From contig OZ251223.1 of the NCBI GenBank assembly GCA_965240325.2, positions 2,046,001-2,110,000 of the forward strand: a stretch of DNA of 64,000 nucleotides, written 5' to 3'. This stretch comes from Rebecca billardiae RCC1528 (taxonomy: Eukaryota > Protista > Haptophyta). The notes under the pieces were generated by a model, which ran no database searches, was not told the origin of the DNA, and saw only the letters and a list, made by a program, of their open reading frames with translations. This document shows, piece by piece, positions 58,775-64,000 of the stretch; the first letter of the stretch is position 1, and each line of letters begins with the position of its first letter. A program made the translations under genes and the position numbers.

Positions 58775-61543
58775 TATGGTTGTATAACCGCTCGGTTATG
58801 CGGGTATAACTCACCGGTAGCCCTCATGAGGGCGGGCTGGCAGCCCGGGTCCGGCTGCCCGAAGGTTTTCCGGTCGTCAAGCCGAGCCAGGCCCGGACAG
58901 GGGGTGGGCGCGGATCCGCGCAGTAGCTTGGCAAGCGATGCGCCTCTCTGCGCGCGCTCGCTGGCTGCATCCGCGGCTCGGCGGCCGGCGTGGCTGCTGG
59001 GTCACCGCGGCGCTGGTGGCTGCCCCTCCTCTGGGAGTTGTTTCTTCCAGGTGCGTGTGCGTCGGCGGTAGGCCGCCCTCAGCCCTCGCTCTCTCCACTC
59101 GTGCACCTGCCCTGCTTGCTGCCAACGCGCGATCGGGCTGTCTGTCGCTTCTGCTCGCTGCGAGGGCACCTCGGACCCCTCCGGGTGCTCTCTGCTTTCG
59201 ATGGGGGCGCCTCGGAACCGCTTCGAGGCGTCCCCGTCTGCAATCGTCCCATGCTCTGCTTTCGATGGGGGCGCCTCGGAACCGCTTCGGGGCGTCCCCG
59301 TCTGCAATCTTCTCATGCTCTGCTTTCGATGGGGGCGCCTCGGAACCGCTTCGGGGCGTCCCCGTCTGCAATCTTCTCATGCTCTGCTTTCGATGGGGGC
59401 GCCTCGGAACCGCTTCGAGGCGTCCCCGTCTGCAATCTCCGCATGCTCTGCTTTCGATGGGGGCGCCTCGGAACCGCTCCCAGGCGTCCCCGTCTGCAAT
59501 CTTCTCACGCTTCGCAGTCTCGCTTGCCTTCATCGCCTGGCGGGTGGGTGCTGCTCTCTCCTTCTCTGCCGCCTCCTCTGCAGTCTGCAGTGCACTGCTG
59601 TGTGTGGGGATGCGACCTGCTACCTTATCTGACGCTACGCGTGCGCGTGCGTGTCTCGCGCCTGCTTCCCGCCTGCGCCGCCGCCGCCGCGCATGTCTTT
59701 GTGCCTACTCGTCGCACTTACCGTCGGGTTCGTCCTCACACAATCCTGCGGGGAGCCCCTCTGGGCCTCGGCCGCCTTCGGTCCTCGCGCTACCCCTTCG
59801 GCGGCCTCGGCCTCTTCGGGCCCCCGGCCACCACCCCTACGGGGTGTGGCATTCCACACCTCCTTCTGGGTGGAGGCCCTCGAGGCCTCTGCCCCCTGCG
59901 GCGCCGCGCTCGGCCCAAACTTGCGTTGGGGGAGGGCGTCGGCTGCCAGCGCCTGCGGTCTATCTACGTGCTCCATCGAGTACTTCCTCTTCGGCGTCTA
60001 GGCGGTCGGCTTCTGTCGGCGTAGTTGCTCGAATGCATCGGCGAGTCCTTTCTGGTCGGCGTCGCATCCTGGACGGCTTCGGGGGTGTGACCTAGTCACC
60101 TCACGCGTTTATCAACGCGGCCCCCACCTCAATCTACTCTCATGTGGGTCTACCGAGTGAGTTATGGTTGTATAACCGCTCGGTTATGCGGGTATAACTC
60201 ACCGGTAGCCCTCATGAGGGCGGGCTGGCAGCCAGGGTCCGGCTGCCCGAAGGTTTTCCGGTCGTCAAGCCGAGCCAGGCCCGGACAGGGGGTGGGCGCG
60301 GATCCGCGCAGTAGCTTGGCAAGCGATGCGCCTCTCTGCGCGCGCTCGCTGGCTGCATCCGCGGCTCGGCGGCCGGCGTGGCTGCTGGGTCACCGCGGCG
60401 CTGGTGGCTGCCCCTCCTCTGGGAGTTGTTTCTCCCTGCCCTCCCACCCGGCTGGTTGTGGGTGGGCATGGCCTGGGTGCGCGCGGTGTCTATCCCCTTA
60501 CCGCAGGTTGCTTCTATACGAAGCAAAGATGGGTTCGCCCCCGCGGGTGCGTGCTCGGCGGGCAGGTGGACGCCGCGAGAGGGCGCGCGATGACTGAGAG
60601 GCATCTTCGTGAGCATGTTCGTGGGCCACCCGAGCCTCATCGCCGCCGCCCTCCCCCTTCTCCGGTGCCACGGCGTCCAAACGGAGTGCCAAACGAGTGT
60701 TCGAGCACGCCCAGAAGCAAAGTTTCGAGGGGTGCTCAGTTCGCCTCTGAGGTGCTCGTATCGCTGCGGGATGGTGCCGCACGCGGTACCGCATCAGGCG
60801 GGGTGAAGGACGTCACCCGCCGGTCGGCTCTCGGGCTGCCAGTCAGTGCCTGTGGTGCTCGGACGCTGCTCTCCGAGCTCGAGATCCATCATGCGGCTTC
60901 CTGTGTGACGTCGGCAATGAGGAGGGTGTACTTGCGCAGCGGGGCGCGCGCGTCGCGCATGTGATCGACACCGAAACAGACGAAGAAACATGACCGCCCA
61001 TCCCGCCGAGCTCCTGGCTGACTTGCACTCGGCAATCACGCCGCGCGCGCGGCCTGCGGCTGCTGCGTGCGGCAAGCCGCCAAGCGTGTCACGCGTGACT
61101 GGCAGGTGAGTGAGTTCAGCGCGACGAGTCAGGTGAACGCGCGCAGACCAGCGCGTGCAGTACGTACACCGCCTACAGCCATCTCGACCGATCGCCTACC
61201 TGCCTGAAGCAGCTGCAAGGCGTGCAGCCGGGTGTCGCGGGCACACGGCCAGCCTGGCGGGGCACGACACGCCCGTACGGCAGCTCGGCGCGCTGCCGCG
61301 CGATGCCATCGTGGAGGCATTGTAGCTGGAGGGACCAGTCTGGCGGCTGTCTGAGGGTAGCTAGACCATGCCTGCACAGTGTCATGCGGCGTTCAGCGCC
61401 CAAAGGCGCCCTGACTGGCCGCAGGGCGCCCTCAGCGGACGCCGTCAACTTTGCTTCCATACGAAGCAAAGTGAACTGCGGTAAGGGGATCAACGCGGCC
61501 CCCACCTCAATCTACTCTCATGTGGGTCTACCGAGTGAGTTAT
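58775..61543. mobile_element. Head-to-tail dimer of a non-autonomous element with asymmetric TIRs and terminal hairpin (rolling-circle- or YR-like)
   Basis: Block A (271 bp) at 58775-59045 and 60163-60433; block B (55 bp) at 60111-60165 and 61489-61543; TAT at all three junctions. The end of B is complementary to A positions ~30-55. Confidence 0.75.
59191..59510 (+). repeat. 5 x 64-bp tandem array of hairpin-forming units
   Basis: Units start at 59191, 59255, 59319, 59383 and 59447. Each has GATGGGGGCGCCTCGGA-ACCGC-TTCG(A/G)GGCGTCCCCGTC. Confidence 0.95.
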
Positions 61544-61740
61544 AAAGCGGGTTGTTGATGGATATGGGTTTATCGGATGAGTATTAACCGAGTGGGTATT
61601 ATCATGATAGTCTCCTATCAGGCTATCAGCCTGACGACGATATTTTTATCTTCGCTTCGCGACACTATGCCCTCGCGGAGTCGCGGGCCCAGGCGGCGCC
61701 TCACAGCGCGGGGTCCACCTCAAGCTGGTAGTTGGGCGAC

Positions 61741-64000
61741 ATGGCGCATCTCCCCTGGGTCTCGCTGCTCGCGTGGGTCGCGACGAGCAGCGCGCCGCTC
61801 GGACTCGGCTTAAGCGCGTCGAGCCACCCGACGCGCCGCCTCGCGGGTGGCCCCTCGTCACTCGAGAGCGCAGGCGCATGGGCGAGCTGCGACTCGCCGG
61901 CAGACCTTTGCGCGCTCATGTGCGCGCACTGTCACAGCACATGCGCGCGCCGCGGCCGACTGCGCACGCTTTCGGCGCGGCTGCTCAACGCGTGCATGTC
62001 GTGCCCTGCGCCCTGCTGCGCTCCCACCCCGCCCCGCAGCGACCTCGACGCGAGCGGCCTAACGGGCACCATCCCGACAACGATTGGACATATGAGTGCT
62101 CTCACCGCGCTGTGCGCGCACCGCGCGTGCGTGCGCGCATCGCGGAGCGCACTGCGGAGGGCACCATGGACGCGTGGGGCTGATCCGCGCTCGCGCCACG
62201 CGACGCGACGCGCGGCAGGCGGCTGCACAACAACACGCTCAGCGGCACGCTGCCCACGGAGATCGGCCTCGCCACGCGGCTCGAGCTGCTGTGAGCGCGC
62301 GCGTGCACGCGGCGGGATGCGCGCTGGCGCGCTGGCGCGGGAGCGCTCGGACCTCACAGCCGCGTACCGCCTCTTCCCGTGCGCGCGCGTAGGGAACTAT
62401 ACGCCAACGCCCTGACCGGCTTCGTACCCTCCGAGCTCGGGCTGCTGACCGCACTCACCGCCCTGTGAGCGCGCACGCGTGCGGCGGCATGCGCGCCGCG
62501 CGACGCCGCCTCCGCGCGCCCGGCGGTTGGCAGTGGGGTGCTCCTGCACGCCGCGCAGCGCGGCGGGCTCACCGCGCGCGCGCGCGCGCGCCGCCCCGCC
62601 GCCCTCCTCCTCGTGCAGGCGGATGAGCGACACGCAGCTCTCGGGCGTGCTGCCAGCGGCTGTGCTGGCCCTCCCCAGCCTCAGCACCAAGTGCGTTGCA
62701 CGGCGCGCGCGCCCCTCCGCCCGCGCGCCCCTCCGCCGCCGCCACCGCCCAGCCGCGCTGACGCCCGCGCGCTCTGCGCTTCTCCGCGTGCACACACACA
62801 CCGCGCGCGCGCGCGCGCAGCGACTGGGCGCGGACGGCACTCTGCGGTGGGACCGTCACCTTTGCGGCGACCGGGACGTACACATTCGACGACTGCAGCC
62901 CGCCCAGCCCGCCGCCCTCGCCGCCGCCGAGCCCGCCGCCGAGCCCGCCGCCGAGCCCGCCGCCCTCGCCGCCGCCGCCACTACCGCCGCCGAGCCCGCC
63001 GCCATCGCCGCCGCCGCCACTACCGCCGCCGAGCCCGCCGCCCTCGCCGCCGCCCTCGCCGCCGCCCTCGCCGCCGCCCTCGCCGCCACCACCGTCGCCG
63101 CCACCCAGCCCTCCGCCCTCGCCGCCACCACCGTCGCCGCCACCCAGCCCGCCGCCCTCGCCGCCGCCGCCCTCGCCGCCGCCGAACCCGCCGCCCTCGC
63201 CACCGCCGCCGGGGCCGCCGCCGCGGCCGCCACCGAGCCCGCCGCCGCCGAGCCCGCCGCCGAGCCCGCCGCCGCCGAGCCCGCCCCCCTCGCCGCCGCC
63301 AGCTCCGCCGCCGCCGACCCCGCCGCCGAGCCCACCGCCCTCGCCACCGCCGCCCTCGCCGCCGCCCTTGCCGCCGCCGAGCCCTCCGCCTGCGCCGCCG
63401 CCGAGCCCGCCGCCGCCCTCGCCGCCGCCGAGCCCGCCGCCCTCGCCGCCGCCGCCGGCGCCACCGCCCAGCCCGCCGCCCAGCCCGCCGCCGCCGGCGC
63501 CACCGCCCTCGCCGCCTCCCAGTCCGCCGCCGCCCGTGCCGCCGCCGAGCCCGCCGCCGAGCCCGCCACCGTCGCCGCCGCCGTCAGCGCCGCCGAGCCC
63601 GCCGCCCAGCCCGCCGCCGTCGCCGCCGCCGTCGCCGCCGCCCAGCCCGCCACCGCCGCGCCCGCCGCCCTCGCCGCCGCCCAGCCCGCCGCCGCCGGCG
63701 CCGCCGCCCAGCCCGCCGCCCAGCCCGCCGCCCTCGCCGCCACCCGCGCCTCCGCCCAGCCCGCCGCCGCCCTCGCCGCCGCCCGCGCCGCCACCGAGCC
63801 CGCCGCCACCCTTGCCGCCACCGAGCCCGCCGCCACCTGTGCCGCCCCCGTCGCCACCGCCGAGCCCGCCGCCACCGGCTCCCCCGCCGGCCCCACCGCC
63901 CAGCCCGCCGCCGCCCTCGCCACCGCCCAGCCCACCGCCGAGCCCGCCACCGCCAGGCGACCCGCCGCATCCGCCGCCTCCGCCCAGCCCGCCTCCCAGC
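61741..64000 (+). CDS. Secreted LRR + Ser-Pro(n) extensin-like protein (runs off window end)
   Basis: Hydrophobic N-terminus MAHLPWVSLLAWVATSS. Four 72-nt exons (62040-62111, 62219-62290, 62393-62464, 62619-62690) each encode a plant-type LRR (e.g. LHNNTLSGTLPTEIGLATRLELL). The exon from 62821 encodes long SPPP repeats. Confidence 0.88.

Noticed and set aside
59191-59510. CRISPR array
   Set aside because: The units are contiguous with no unique spacers (only a 6-nt variable linker), there are no cas genes, and the context is eukaryotic.
59191-59510. Hammerhead ribozyme on the minus strand (stem followed by GAAA)
   Set aside because: No CUGANGA precedes the stem, and pairing is better on the plus strand.

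Overview
Very GC-rich eukaryotic (intron-containing) genomic window, probably from a microalga. The composition and intron style suggest a haptophyte such as Diacronema/Pavlova, but this is inference only. About eight host genes are recognisable: an F-box/FIST (FBXO22-like) protein, a MEI1/PRD1-like meiotic protein, a Pro/Tyr-rich protein, a WD40 protein, a PQ-loop transporter, a hybrid histidine kinase, LpxK and an LRR plus Ser-Pro extensin-like protein. They are interspersed with a dense, nested set of mobile DNA. This includes a young Ty1/copia element carrying a MYND zinc finger, several long-TIR foldback elements, a deleted pogo-type element, TA-target MITEs, and RNase H-bearing LINE copies arranged head-to-head. 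The most unusual structure is a head-to-tail dimer (58775-61543) of an element with asymmetric terminal inverted repeats, a terminal hairpin, shared TAT junctions and an internal 5 x 64-bp hairpin array. It resembles a non-autonomous rolling-circle (HUH) or tyrosine-recombinase element. Most six-frame ORFs are GC-content artefacts. All protein family calls are by motif recognition, not database search.
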